A stretch of DNA of 64,000 nt from Azolla caroliniana (taxonomy: Eukaryota; Plantae; Polypodiophyta): assembly GCA_043228905.1 (NCBI GenBank), contig JBHGNT010000004.1, forward strand, positions 7,068,001-7,132,000, written 5' to 3'. This document shows positions 1 to 12,654 of this stretch, piece after piece. Positions within the stretch are counted from its first letter, which is position 1. Each line of letters begins with the position of its first letter. Made by a program: the position numbers and the translations under genes. Below the pieces are notes generated by a model. It was not told where the DNA came from. It was given only the letters and a program-made list of their open reading frames with translations, and made no database searches.

Positions 1-49
1 CCGGACGGATTGGGACACAAAGCTACATAGCGCGCTTTGGGCATACCGG

Positions 50-601
50 ATGGCATACAAAACGAGCATCCGAACAACACCGTTCCGGTTGGTGCCGGTA
101 GAATTCCAAGTACCTAGCTTACGGATCCAGCTACGGGAAAGGCTGAACGAGAAGGAGTCGGAGACAATAAGGTTGACAGCGCTGTGTGAGCTCGAGGAAC
201 GACGGTTGGCCAGCATCCTACATTTAGAATTGGAGCAACGGCGACGGAAAGCATTCGTCGACCGGCACAGGAAAGGTAACGAAAAAATGTTCGCAATCGA
301 CAAACCGGTGTTAGTATTCCAAACCCGGATGGGCAAGATGTTAGGTAAACTATGGTTTAGATGGATCAGACCATATTGGCTAACACGGGAGTATAATGGG
401 TCCTACCAGTTAGGGACACTTGCCGGCGAAGTGCTAGGCAAATGGGTCAACGGATTCCGGTTAAAGGCATATAGAGGACCGATGCCTAAGAACCCGTTTG
501 AGCAAAGGACCGACGGCAACCACCAAGACGGTAGAGACGGCAAGCCGGGAACCGGAGAGAATGAGGCCGGTAAGGGTCCGAGAGGACCAACGGACAAGTG
601 A
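50..601 (+). pseudogene. Gypsy pol C-terminus (integrase GPY/F region), partial
   Basis: AYKTSIRTTPFRLV...FRWIRPYW...KWVNGFRLKAY resembles non-chromovirus gypsy integrase ends; no chromodomain seen. Confidence 0.75.
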
Positions 602-976
602 CGTCACACTAATAATAATAATAACTGAAAAAAAAAAAAAAAAACAATCATGCAAAAGCGAGGAATGAATGGAGGAAAGAGCGAGGAGCGAAAAGGTACA
701 TAGTGGGCATTTAAAGCGCCACCACATGACATAATGCTATTTTAAGTACACGACATGCACACACTCGAAAAAAGCGCCAGAATGCACAGACAAAAACCAC
801 TGCGCGTAGAGACCCTCTACTTTCGCGAACCCAAGAGCACAGAAGCACCAAGACGCTGCAAGATCATCAGACGAGAACCTGCGCACAGAGAACCCCCGTC
901 TTCTGAACTCTCTCTTTCTCAACCCCACTCTCATCACCATCCATCCTCGCCACCGCAATCCGACCCCGACACAGAA

Positions 977-3728
977 ATGGACCCGCAAACGCTATCGGAA
1001 GCCGCCAAGACATGGCTGAAGCAACACGGGCTCGAGGGCTTCTTGATGATGATGGAAGTACCGCCACACAAAGAAGCTGACAAAGTGATCAAGGAAATCG
1101 ATACAGAGGTCATAACGGCAGAGGCGATTCGAGCGTTAACAGGCCTTCACGATCGACAATCCAACCCCGGAGCAACTCATCAGGTATTTTGGTGAGTACT
1201 CTCTAGCCAGCAAGGGCTACCGGACACAGGGCGGCGGAGATATGCTGTTCCGCGAAATTGCTCGTGTGCTCCATGAATACAGCCACGTGTACCCTAGACC
1301 CCCTGTCATGCCGCAGAACCGGGCATGGATGATCATCGCCACCTATGAAGGGATCAAGGTGGATTGGCCGGTATTGATCACAGACGGGTTGTGTGCGGCG
1401 ATCAAGATCGTCAGAGGCAAAGACGGCAAAGAAGGCCGAGACGGACGAAGGATATGGCACGCCGTAACGCAGTGGCTCACCTTGCTGGTGCCACCCGTTC
1501 AGACCGTCCAGCCCAAGAAGCGAGGAAGAGTGGCGGACGGCACCCCAAGGACGGCTTCCAAACGGCAACAGTTGTTGGCCTCTAAGGCCAGTAAGGGAAA
1601 GGCGGCGGATGCAGAACAGGCGGCAGCAGGAAGCGGCAGCCGGAAGCGCCCAACGGAGGCGCAGGAGGAACCACCGGCACGGCCCGTAAAGGTCACACTC
1701 CGCCGACTGGTGAATCGAGAAGTGGACCCCTTGGCGGCAAAACTCAATGCCGGAGCTCAGGAGGAGGAAATAGAGGAGGAGCCTACGGAGCACCTCCAGC
1801 GACGGTCATCGGCAAGGACCGTTGAGACAGCCGGGAAACGTTCGGACCCTCAGGCGGAGGGAACACCGACTCCCCATACTGAGACTCCCACGCCAAGGAA
1901 GGAACCGGAACCGGTGCAGATGGCACCGGAAACAGAAGCCCCGGCACCACCGGCAACACCGGCAAGTCCCATCTCACCAGAGCCGGAAAGGTCACTGTAG
2001 CCTCCCTCGGTCAGCCAAGAAGAAGCGCAAGGGAAACCAGGACAGCAGGATGGTCCACGGGCAGAAACGGAACTGCAACTCGGCGCAACCAGGCGGGACT
2101 ACCCCTCTACAAGTGAGCCCATCTGTCAAACCTCCGTGCAAGCACAACAAGGCACCGGTAGCCTGTGGCTCCGGTGGATAGGCGAACAGATAGCCGGAGC
2201 AGTGGGGTATATTGAGGCGGAAGAAAGAGCGCACAACAAACGGTTGCTCGTCACAACCGAACAACTAGAGACGGCCCGGTCCAGAATCCGGTGCCTTGAA
2301 AAAGACTTGGATCAGGTCACGACAGAGATGGCCAAAATACGGATCCAATCACCGGTGACTCCGGTAAGTGTACAGAATAAAGAAACGGAACGACTTGTAC
2401 ATAACAATAAGACCCCGACAACGGAAACCGTTCCGGCGAGAGATGCGGCGCAAGCTCAGGAGCTTGCGGAATTGAGAGAGGAACTTGCCGCACAAGAAGC
2501 GCTAAGGAGCCGTGAACGAGAATTGAAGACGGCGGCTGAAGCCGAATTAAAGAAGACTGCTGAGAACCTCCGCCGGGCAGAGGAGAGCCTCCGGAAAGGC
2601 CATCAAGCGTACGACCGGCTAAAGGAGGAGAAAGACAAAGTGTTGCAGGAAAAGGACAAGCTGCGGAAAACGGCGGAAACAGAGATGGAACGGCTAAAGG
2701 AAGAGCTCCGCCAGCAGAAGGGCCGCGAGGACCGGGCCCGTCATCAGATCAATGCACGGCTCAAGCAAAAGACGAATGATTTTGAGCACCTGCACCGGGA
2801 CTACAAACGGCTGGAAACGAAGCATAAAGAACGGATGGCCGAGCTCCAGCAGGCAGTTGATCGGGCCGCGACGGCGATCGCCGACGAATGGGCGGAAAAT
2901 ACAAGACGCTTGGACGAGGCGGAGAAGGTCCGGATGGAACTCCAGAGGCAGCAGCAGGAAGACAAAGAGAGAGCGTCAACAGTATTGCAGAAATTACAAA
3001 GCACATATCAAAGGCAATTGACGCATTACAAGGCGCAAGCGGAGGACAACGTCAAAATCATCAAACAACTGAAGGAGGAACGGCAAGCGGCGGAAACCAA
3101 ATCGCAATTGGGAACGAGCCGGATTCAGTCCATCCTCCGGGCATGGCTGAATCAGACAAAACACTTGATTGATGAAAGCTCCGTAAAATGGTGGACAAAG
3201 TGGGCACAAAATGCGGCGGAACTCCAGTTGCTACGGGCGGATGTGGCAAACCGGCGGAAGGAAGGAGATGACTGTTATACGTTGACTTTCGAGGACTTCA
3301 CCGCCATACGGGACGAGCTGGCCGACGACTTCCAAGTCCTGGCAGATGAACAGCTGGCGCAGGTCAGGCAGCTCGTACCTCAGTTGGACGATGATAGGTT
3401 GGACGCTCAAATCCAGTTTGAAAGCTACGAGCGGTCCTGGGTTCGCGAAGAAAAAGCACGGGAAGCGGCAACGGTTAACCTTAGTGATGAGGAACTGTCG
3501 CCGGCTGAGGGCCAGCCGGGAACCAGTCAACCGGAGACCACTACGACGCAGGGAGCAACGACAGAGACGCCGGTGTCAGAGCCACAATCGGAGGAGCAGC
3601 CGCAACAACCACCAACGGACCCACCGCAACAGACTGCAACAGAACAACAACAACAACAACAACCATTTCCAGATGAACCATTGGAGCCTCTCGAACAAAG
3701 CATTCTGGACATTTTGGATGAAGAATAG
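977..3728 (+). pseudogene. Extra ORF 3' of pol (~900 aa; N-terminal plant-transposon-type domain, Pro/Glu-rich linker, long coiled coil), disrupted
   Basis: 1242-2000 and 2136-3728 are in one frame separated only by TAG at 1998-2000 (frame open from 2001). The 977-1195 piece would join through a frameshift. E/K/R/Q-rich heptad-like sequence at about 2440-3100. Confidence 0.65.
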
Positions 3729-3782
3729 CAAGGGTCGGTTGTGGATTTGACGTACAAGGTACTGTCCCACGGGCGTGCCATG

Positions 3783-4216
3783 TGTTACCGGCCGGCAAAG
3801 GAGTCCAGAGTGGGAAACAGAGAGCTAATTAAGTAGTAGGAATGTGGTTGTAATTAAGCTATGAGTGTGGACGGACGGACCGGAATCGGTATTCCGTTCC
3901 GGATCCGGACCGATCCCGAACAGGTGCGGATGGCACCGTTTTGTAATACAGACCGGAAACCTATTTAAAGGCCCGGATACAATGTAATAGTTAGCGGTTA
4001 ATTAATGAAAGCTTAAGCGTTGTTATCTCTCTGTGTTAATTGCCGTTCTGTCTTAATTGTTATATCTTACGCGTGTTATGAAAGACGATCCTAATAAGTA
4101 ACTTAATTAAGTCGGATTAAGCGTTGAAGTCTAATCCGGTTGCCGAAACACCCTTTGGTGAAGTGTCTCCCGTAGACACCCTGTGTTAGGCCATTGTCCG
4201 GCCCAAAGAGTTAACA
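3783..4216 (+). repeat. 3' LTR of the Athila/Tat-like element
   Basis: TGTTA...TAACA termini, TATA-like TATTTAAA near 3962, composition change after 4216. No partner LTR in the window and the PPT is weak, so the 5' boundary is uncertain. Confidence 0.55.
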
Positions 4217-5228
4217 GTACTCAAATCTTAAATATTGTAACAAGAACAAAAAATGCTTCGCAATGCTCTCTTTTCCATGCTTCAAAAATTTGAGATTGAG
4301 AGATCAACATTAAAGAATGCTAGTATAGCGATGATGGTCATGCATAAATAATTCAAATTGTAAATGAGAAAGGACATTGACGTTAGATGAGGAAGTAAGG
4401 AATGGGAGAAACATTAATGGATGAAAGTACTCCTTGAAAAAAATCATGCATGTTGTATACATATACATGGAACACACACTTTATTATATGCGCCATAACA
4501 ATATAAGTTAAAACATTACAACAATATAAATAACTAAAGCCCAATCAACATTGCAAAGTATTTCCCACAAAATTGCTTTACTAGCAGGAATGAATTGCTT
4601 CATCAACTTAATGCGGGCTTTGTTTGTTGAGTCTATCTTCATTAGCTTTCAATAAACTTCTTTTGTTATTCAAAGAAGACCAAGTTGCTACAACATCGCG
4701 TATGACCTAGACCTTGACAAACTTGTGTCGGCTCTTCATTAGAACATCTCTCAACTCTCTCAAATTTTTTGAACATTATATAAATGCATCAATACAAAAT
4801 GAAGACATGGAGACAACAAGCCCCTAAGATCTCTTTCTTTAAATACAATTGTACCACTCTTACAATAAAACCATGGTATTGGCCATTAACCTTTGATGGG
4901 GGTTTGACTACATATGTACATAAAGGGATATATGTGTGGGCACATAATAAATTGTTGAGAATCAAACTCAACATCCCATGTGTGGGAACACACTCTAGGA
5001 TACTCAAGTGTGTGACCACCCCACTTCTTTGTATAGTAATTAGTGTGTCATAGAAGTTAATATCCTATGACACATATTCTTTAAGGAGTTAAAGACTTGT
5101 CCTCTTCCCAAGAGGCGGCTCTAGTGAGAGGACCTAGAGAGAAGGTGCACCTTCTCCTTCTCTTTGTAATATTTGGCTTATTCTTGCTTCATGCTAATAC
5201 AAATTTACTATTTTTCAGTAACTCTTGA

Positions 5229-5230
<2 letters not shown>

Positions 5231-5286
<56 letters not shown>
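5231..5286. repeat. Compound (TC)n(AC)n microsatellite
   Basis: Direct reading of the sequence. Confidence 0.95.
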
Positions 5287-5448
5287 GTTCTTCCTATGCA
5301 CAGAATCATCACTGATTCTTTACATGATATCAGAGCATGTGGTAGCTTGATCCAAGCCCATTGCCTTTACGTGTGTTGTGCCCAAGCCTGCACTTGGAAA
5401 GAACCGACTAATCGTTGTAGCAGCAATCTACACAGTTCATATCAAAGA

Positions 5449-5452
5449 GAAG

Positions 5453-5481
<29 letters not shown>
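5449..5481. repeat. (GAA)n microsatellite
   Basis: About 11 GAA units. Confidence 0.95.
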
Positions 5482-5483
<2 letters not shown>

Positions 5484-5550
5484 TCGACATGAACACTCAT
5501 ATGGGACACGCTCTTCCTAGCGAGAAGCTCGACAGAAACAACTTTGCATC

Positions 5551-7000
5551 TGTCAAGAATCGTGCTTAGCCACAATCGAGTTTCAAATACCAATGGAATA
5601 TCAACAGGAAATGAATCAATGCACTTACACAGTCAAACGAGACGACACTGGATGTTTACATGGAAAACCTTGAGAGGCAAAACCACGGGAGTTCTCTAAC
5701 TCCAAATAGGATCACTATAGAGAAGAAGTACTACAATGTGAGACTTAGAGGCAATAACCTCGAGCTCTATCTTGGCCAACCGGTGGTTACAATAGAAAAA
5801 CTTTTTGTATATCTCTCTCTCTCTATGTGTCTCTCTTTGTACAACAATAAGAATGATCTCTCACAAAGCTATTATTGCCCTAGTTATATTTATACTTATA
5901 TAACGTTAGGACTATTTACAAATATGACCTTAATAGTCACATCAGAACATATTTACTAACATGTCCGACCGGGTACCTTCCAGATCCATCCGATAGGGTT
6001 TTCGGATACCTTCTGGATCCATCCGATCCAGTTCCGTCCTTTGACTCGTCCGATCTAGCTCATCCAGTTCTCATCTGGATCCCATCTGGAGGGACCGATT
6101 TCCCAACAAACTCCCCCTTCACTCAAGCATGGGATGTCTCGTCAATCTGATCCGTCTCCGACATGCGTCCAGCTTGTCGGTTGACAGTACCTTAGTCAAC
6201 ATGTCCGACCCATTCTCTCTGTATGGATCTTCATCAGAGCAAAGTCTTTGTCTTCTACCTTCTCCCAAAGCCAATGATATCTCCTCTGGATGTGCTTCGT
6301 CCGGGAATGGTAGGTCGCGTTCTTCACGAGGTGGATGGCACTTTGACTATCACAATAGAGCCAAAATTCCTCCAGTTAGAATCCCAGCTCTCCGATGAAG
6401 TCCTTCATCCAGATCACTTCCTTGTCGACTTCTATAGCTGCCACGTACTCCGCTTCCATTGTTGACAATGCTACGGACTTCTGTAGCCTCATCTGCCACG
6501 ATACGACTCCCCCGACATAGGTCATGATGTATCAGGACGTAGATTGGCTAGTATCTACATCGGCCAACATATCTGAATCTGTAAAGCCTTCCAATAGGGG
6601 TTTACCAGAGCCAAATTGGAGGAAAATGCTCAAGGTGCCTTTCAAGTACTGGAGTCCACTTGATAGCAGCCAATGCTCTCTTCCCAGATTGCTTATAAAC
6701 CGGTTGACCACTCCGATGACATACCTGATATCCGGTTGGGTACACATCATGCGTACATTAGGCTTCCGACTGTTGAGGCATACGGTACCTTCATCATCTC
6801 CGCTTTCTTTGCCTTTGTCTTTGGACTTTGTTTTCAGGACAACTTGTAGTTTGTCGAAAGTGTTGACCCGATCGCTTCGCATCTGTCATGCTGAACCGTT
6901 GGAGCACCTTCGTCAAATACTTCTCCTGTGACAGCCACAATAGCTTCTTTGTTCGGTCCCGGCCTATGTGCATCCCCAGTATCTATATCGCCGGACCCAT
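5551..7000 (-). mobile_element. Degenerate Ty1/copia 3' end (RT/RNase H, PPT, 3' LTR 5551-6108), relative of the intact Copia at 58659
   Basis: Minus-strand MMCTQPDI..IGVVNRFISNLGREHW and EGFTDSDM..D.DTS. PPT AAGGGGGAGTT at 6109-6119. The LTR shares GGAAAACC, AAAACCACGGGAG and CCCAACA with the 58659 LTR. Confidence 0.85.
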
Positions 7001-9528
7001 GGAGATGCCTTCTGAGGAAATGACATAGCCGAGAAATTCCACCTGGTTGCACCCGAAACTACATTTTTCCAACTTTGCATAAAGACCATGTTCTCGAAGT
7101 CATTTTAGTACTAACAATACATGAGAATCATGCTCTTCTTGGGTCTTTGAGTAAACCAATAGATCATCCAAATAGATGATTAGACACACATCCAAGAGAT
7201 CTTGGAAGATATCATTTGCCATGTGCTAGAAGACTGTTGGTGCATTAGTGAGGCCGAACGGCATGACCGTATACTCGAAGTGCCCATATCTGGTGCGGAA
7301 CGCGGTCTTCCATTCATCTCCTGGTTGGATCCGTACGAGGTTATAGGCACCCCCCGTAAGTCGATCTTCGTGAAGAACCTGGCACCATTGATCCGTTCTA
7401 AAAGACTTGAGAAAAGGGGAATGCATACCTATTTCGAATTGTAACCTTATTCAAGCCACGGTAATCTACAACGAGACAAAGTGAGCCATCCTTTTTCTTG
7501 ACGAAGAAAATGGGTGCGCCGGCTGGAGATTTCGAATGCTGTATGAAACCATTCTCCAAATTCTCCTCTATATAGGCTCGAAGGACTTCCAGTTCGGTTG
7601 GTGAAAGATTGTAGATCAGTCCCCATGGTGGCTCTTTCCTCGGTTGTAAATCGATGGGGCAATCATATGGTCGATGGTGAGGAAGCGTATTGGCTTGTGC
7701 TTTATCAAACACATCGGTATAATGACGATACTTCTCTGGAAGTTGAACGGTGGATTCCTCTTTAGTGGTACTGGAGGGTTTTACTAATATTACGAAGAGG
7801 AACATTTCTTCCTTGCGTCCTTCCTCACGCAACTGATGTAGTGAAATCGTTGCAATCTCATGAGTAGACCCTCGGGCTTTTTGATGCCTGATTTCTCTTG
7901 TCCGCCAATCTATGTCTGGGTTATGTAATTCGAACCATGGTAATCCTAAGACAATGGGGTGTTCTGGGATGCTAATTATATTAAATGATACGACACATGC
8001 TAGATTATCTAGGACAATATTAACGGGCTCTGACTCTTCTATGATATTTCCGGAAGCAATGGGACGACCATCAATGACTACTACAGAGGCAGGACACGAG
8101 AGTTTTCTGAGAGATATCTGATGAGCTTGGGCAAATTTCCTATCCATGAAGCAAGAATTAGCTCCGGAATCTAGAAGTGCTAAGACATGTACTGGAGGAG
8201 TACTTTTAGGACTAACTGTTACTTGGGCTACAAACACATTGCTAACTTGCTTAGAGAGAATGGAACCACTAATGGGCTGCACAGATCTAGGGCTGTCCAA
8301 CCAAACGGCTCCTATTTTGGCTGGACTTAGTCGTTTAACTCTTCCTCTAACTGACTAAGGACATCAAATTTGTTCGCTAGATTTGGGCTATTAGTACTAT
8401 TAGGACTATCAAATATCCCTACTGAAATAGACTCGGGTTTAGTACAATCAGAACTAGCAATTATTTGGTTTACCTGCCTTTTTGGCCTATGGGGACAGTT
8501 TACCGCGATATGCCCTAGTCCACTGCAATAAAGATATAGCCGGTTTGCTCGGCGTCATTGCTTTTCTTCTTCCGATAGCGGTCCACGATGATGTGTGGTG
8601 TCAATTTCCATCGGAGTTGGAGTACTTATTGGAGGCGCATTATATGACTCCCTTGGAAAAGGTTTCGCTACCACTGAGGCGTAGGTAGGCTCTAATCTTG
8701 CCCTCAGAATCTGGAATTGTCGTTCCGAACGTCGTTCGAAGAGGTGGTTGTCGCATCTCACCGCGCGACTAATTGCTTCTGTTAATGACTTTGGCTCTTC
8801 GGGGAAGAGTAAATCCTTGACATCGTTGCGTAAGCCATAACGGAATTGCTCCACCAATGCGTGATCATCCCAAGGGATATCGGCATCGAGTAGGCGGAAA
8901 TCTGCAGCGTATGCGGAGGCTGGATGATCACCTTGGCGTAATTGCCGGATTTTGTTGATTGTAGTCCTTATGTTGTCAATATCTCCAAAACAGGCCTTAA
9001 ACTCACTTATAAATTCTTCAAAACTGTTTAGTAATGGAGATTCCTTTTCCAACAATGGAGCAAACCATGCTAACGTTGAGCCACTAACGAGAGTGCCTAC
9101 TAGTCCCACTCGTGATGCATCGGTGGGATATCGAGAAGGATGCATTTGTATCACTAAACGTACCTGATTCAAAAACCCTCTAAACTGTAATCAAGTCCCA
9201 TCAAATTTTGCAGGAAGACCGATCTTGGGTTCTTTGTGAATCCCTTGAGTGCTTGATCCTTGTTGTTGTAATGATATGATAGTCGCTTCAAGTTGTTGTA
9301 CACATAACATCAGCTCCCCATGTTGTTGTTGTTTTTCTAGCGCTACTTGTTGAAGATCCCCCAACAAATGATGATTTTCTTATTCTAGTGTTACAAATTT
9401 CTCTTTTAAGCACTGGAGCTCCGAGAAAACAAATTGGTATTCCTGAGCGCTAACAGTTTCCATTTTACTAGGGAGGATAAGAGGATTAATAAGAAGAGGA
9501 AAGGAAGAGGAAAGGAAGATCGACCCCA

Positions 9529-9540
9529 AAATCGGTTCAA
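9529..9540 (-). promoter_or_regulatory. Self-priming-type primer binding site
   Basis: TTGAACCGATTT just inside the LTR is exactly complementary to AAATCGGTTCAA (9765-9754), 33 nt downstream of the LTR TATA. No TGG tRNA-type PBS is present. Confidence 0.7.
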
Positions 9541-9542
9541 AC

Positions 9543-9981
9543 TGTCAGGAACAGTACTAAGACAAAGAAGGAATTAGTGCTAAAAGAAGTATTAGTACTA
9601 AGAGAGGTGAAGAACTCTCGAGAGAAGGAAAGAGTGAGTGAGAGGAGGGAGAGGGAGATTGAGAGAGAGAGAGAGAGAGAGAGTGATGATAAGAAAAGAT
9701 ATATATTATGTGAAGAGAATGTACAGTAGTAGCTAGGAGGCTTAAGACTGGCGTTGAACCGATTTGGTTCGAAATAATGCCTTGTGCCTCCTTTTATAGT
9801 GTCTAAGGAATACTCCTGAAGTTTCTAGAATGTTCCAGAGAAATCTGGAATATACATCAATTTTCTATAATAAAACATAAATGAAAATAATATTTTATGT
9901 ATTACAATGTATGGTCTAATGGTCAAGAGCTCGACCCATGTAGCATAAGGTCATGGGTTTGAGTCTTGCCATATCATGACA
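9543..9981 (-). repeat. 5' LTR of the Tcn1-like element
   Basis: TGTCA...TGACA termini; TATAAAA at 9798 on the minus strand. The same LTR end recurs in opposite orientation at 16467-16569. Confidence 0.8.
9912..9966 (+). other. tRNA-like A/B-box module in the Tcn1-like LTR (antisense to the element)
   Basis: TGGTCTAATGG (9912) and GGTTTGAGTCT (9956), 44 nt apart as in tRNA genes, with AAGGTCATGG-like variable/T-arm sequence. Confidence 0.55.
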
Positions 9982-10235
9982 TTAACTCTCTCTCCTCTCA
10001 CATTCACACTCAATGCCCACTACTCCCTACACCCATTCTTCATGTACTTTCGTCTAGTCTACAAAGTGCACATCATCTTTATGCCTCTACGAACCTCATG
10101 GTGCACCTTTAGCACCTGAGATTATTACCCTTCCCCTTACATTTTTTATCTTATTCTCATTATACAAATTTACAAGTGAATGTGCAATTTTGTACATCCC
10201 CATTTTATTTGTCTTACTCAAGTTTCTCACCGTAG

Positions 10236-11398
10236 CCGAAAATCTTCACGACATCTGTCATTGGTGTCGAGGATAAACATCCTCCCGTCTCTGCACCCTT
10301 GCGCAATAACTTGGCCTTCCTCCTCGATGAAGCACCAGAGATGCGTGAACCGGACCTGCATCCCCTAGTTGACGATCTGCCCGATCGACACCAAATTCTT
10401 CGTGATTGTCGGGACGTGTAACACGTTCATGAGTTTCCCTTTTTGCCCAACATGGCTCAGGGGAACTTCACCGACATTCTCGATCGGATGTGGAGTGTCG
10501 TCTCCTGTTGCGACTACTCCCGGTTGCATCGGTTTCTCAAGGTATGAGAACCACTCCTTATGGCTCGTCATGTGGTTTGACGTTGCGGAGTCAACGTACC
10601 ACACCTCATCTGATTTCGGGGTGCTCTTCTTCATCGAGTTCGCCTCGTGTCTCGTCACGAAGGTTGCCCCCTTTCCGACTTTTTCGGATCCTTCAGCGTA
10701 GTGTGATCGCTGTCGATTTCCTTTGTCGGTTTCTGCGGATCCGGATCCGGTTTTCTCCGAATCGGCGCACTTCTTCCAGCACTCGGTCTCCTTGTGGCCT
10801 TTCTTGCCACAGTACCAGCATTCCACGACGGGTTTCCTTTGCCGGTTCTCGTCACCTTGACTCCCCCTATTTCCGGAGGGCCTGGAATTGTTGTCAGCAT
10901 CATTTCGATGCCTTCCTCCTTGATCCCGTCGGCCGCCTCCATTGTGCACTGACTCGCCTCGTCCACCACGAACATGGGGCCTATCTCCCTCCGTGTATAG
11001 CATCTTGCTATCGGTGTGCGTACTCGTCAACTCACCCACGTGGTTCTCCTCTATAAGGAACATCAACTATAGGTCGATAAAAAACGACATATTATCCCAT
11101 GTGCACACAGCAGTTTGGAACGCTCCAAACTTCGACGCTAGTCCTCCGAGACAGATCTGCACCATCTCGCCTTCCTTGACGTTCACATCGATGGAGGCTA
11201 AGGAGTCGCATATATCTTTGATTTTCGAGGTGTAATCAGCCACCGACAAATCGCGTTGTTGCAAGTTGCTCAACTCCTATCGAAGTTGGAGCTTTCTGGC
11301 TGTGGTGCTTGCGGCGAAAATCTTTTTCAGATTTCCCCAAGCATCCTTCGGCGTTTTCGCATCCCGAATATAGCTCAGAAGTTGTTCGCCCACACAAG
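10236..11398 (-). mobile_element. Ty1/copia internal fragment (gag zinc knuckle, protease), no LTRs
   Basis: CWYCGKKGHKETEC knuckle, WYVDSATSNHM protease, VLHVPTITKNLVSIGQ; gag SVADYTSKIKDICDSL. Confidence 0.85.
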
Positions 11399-12650
11399 AC
11401 ATACTCCATGCATAACATACATTCTATCTAACATACTCCATGTTTCCTTATATTGCATAGATTGAAATGTAAACCCAACCTCATCTTGATGCAACCATTT
11501 CCATACATCCAACTTCAAAACCTCTGATGCCAATTTGTCCCAAACTACTTGCTCATGAGAATCTATCAATGAGAATCATGAAGTAGATTGTGATGCATCA
11601 AAACACATATTAAAATCACCCATTAATAAACCAGTACGGCCCATTAATAGTCGTGGATACATTAAAGACCATAACTCAATGCATTGATTAGCATTATTGG
11701 GTGCATAGATTCCTATCAACCATATCAAATCCTCAAAATACTTGACTTCCATCACCAAAAAACGTCCATATGGATCATTATAGTCAATATGTGGACAAAA
11801 CGAATCACGAATAATCATGACCATATCCTTCTCAACATCTTCCTTATTTTCTAGGGATAGTTCACCATGATATTGGCATTCAGCCATAAAATGCCCCAAA
11901 TTACCACATTTAAAACAATGTCCTGCAAAAGTTTCCCGTTGAGGCTTAAAACAAAACCGACCAAACCGAGATGTATCGATACTCAACCATCTTGGAAGTT
12001 TACAACTTGTATCCCATAACATGCAAAATCTACAATTGTTCAACAAATTAACATGAGGTGCAACCAAAACTTTACCAATTTGAGACATCAATCCTGGTAG
12101 TAAATCCCAAAAGAATGAGTTTCTACAATCAACGGTCACCCAAATTGGACATTGTATTTTACTAAATCTTTATAATCCAGCACTGGAACCCATTCCATCA
12201 CATTCACTAATCTTCTATCTAAAAACATTGGTACCTTTGCCATCAAAGCCACATGGTGTTCTGACGATCGAAAAACTACATTATAGAAACCTCTTGGAAC
12301 CACATACATATCCTCAACACAATTAGGCATTACAAATGAATTCAACCACTTCTTAATCCATGATACCAAAGGAAGTTTGCTAGTGAAATACAAAATAACA
12401 CCACGATCACAGAACCTGTCAAAAGTTGCTAACATAGAGTTGGTCTCCATCACCACCTCTACAACATCCTCCTCCACACAATCTTTAGCATCTTTGTCAA
12501 TTTTTTCCATGAAATCAGAAAGCCTTAACAAAATCATGACGACTGTCAATATCATAATCATCTCCAATAACATCTTTCCCACCAAGAATAGCATCATATG
12601 ATATTTTCTCATCTCTTGTAGAATCAATACACTTTTGCCTCTCCCACCAA
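11399..12650 (-). mobile_element. L1-type LINE remnant (ORF1 with zinc knuckle joined to ORF2 endonuclease by internal deletion)
   Basis: ORF1-like RGFYNVVF, CFKCGNLGHFMAEC, then APE endonuclease motifs IGIYAPN, MGDFNM, SMLDRMY. Confidence 0.75.
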
Positions 12651-12654
12651 TTTT

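Larger units (their letters stand above)
1..4216 (+). mobile_element. 3' part of a Ty3/gypsy LTR retrotransposon (Athila/Tat-like): integrase end, extra 3' ORF, 3' LTR
   Basis: ORF 50-601 carries integrase C-terminal motifs (W-I-[R/G]-P-Y, VNGFRLKAY), followed by long extra ORFs and an LTR-like segment ending TAACA at 4216. The element begins upstream of the window. Confidence 0.8.
6995..9981 (-). mobile_element. 5' half of a chromovirus-type Ty3/gypsy (Tcn1/Tf1-sushi-like): 5' LTR, gag, protease, RT (truncated)
   Basis: Gag ORF 8555-9172 of retrotrans_gag type (ASAYAADFR, QFRYGL, PMEID), degenerate zinc knuckle near 8500, protease LLDSGA, RT motifs [42 protein letters not shown] and YLDD. 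Confidence 0.85.
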
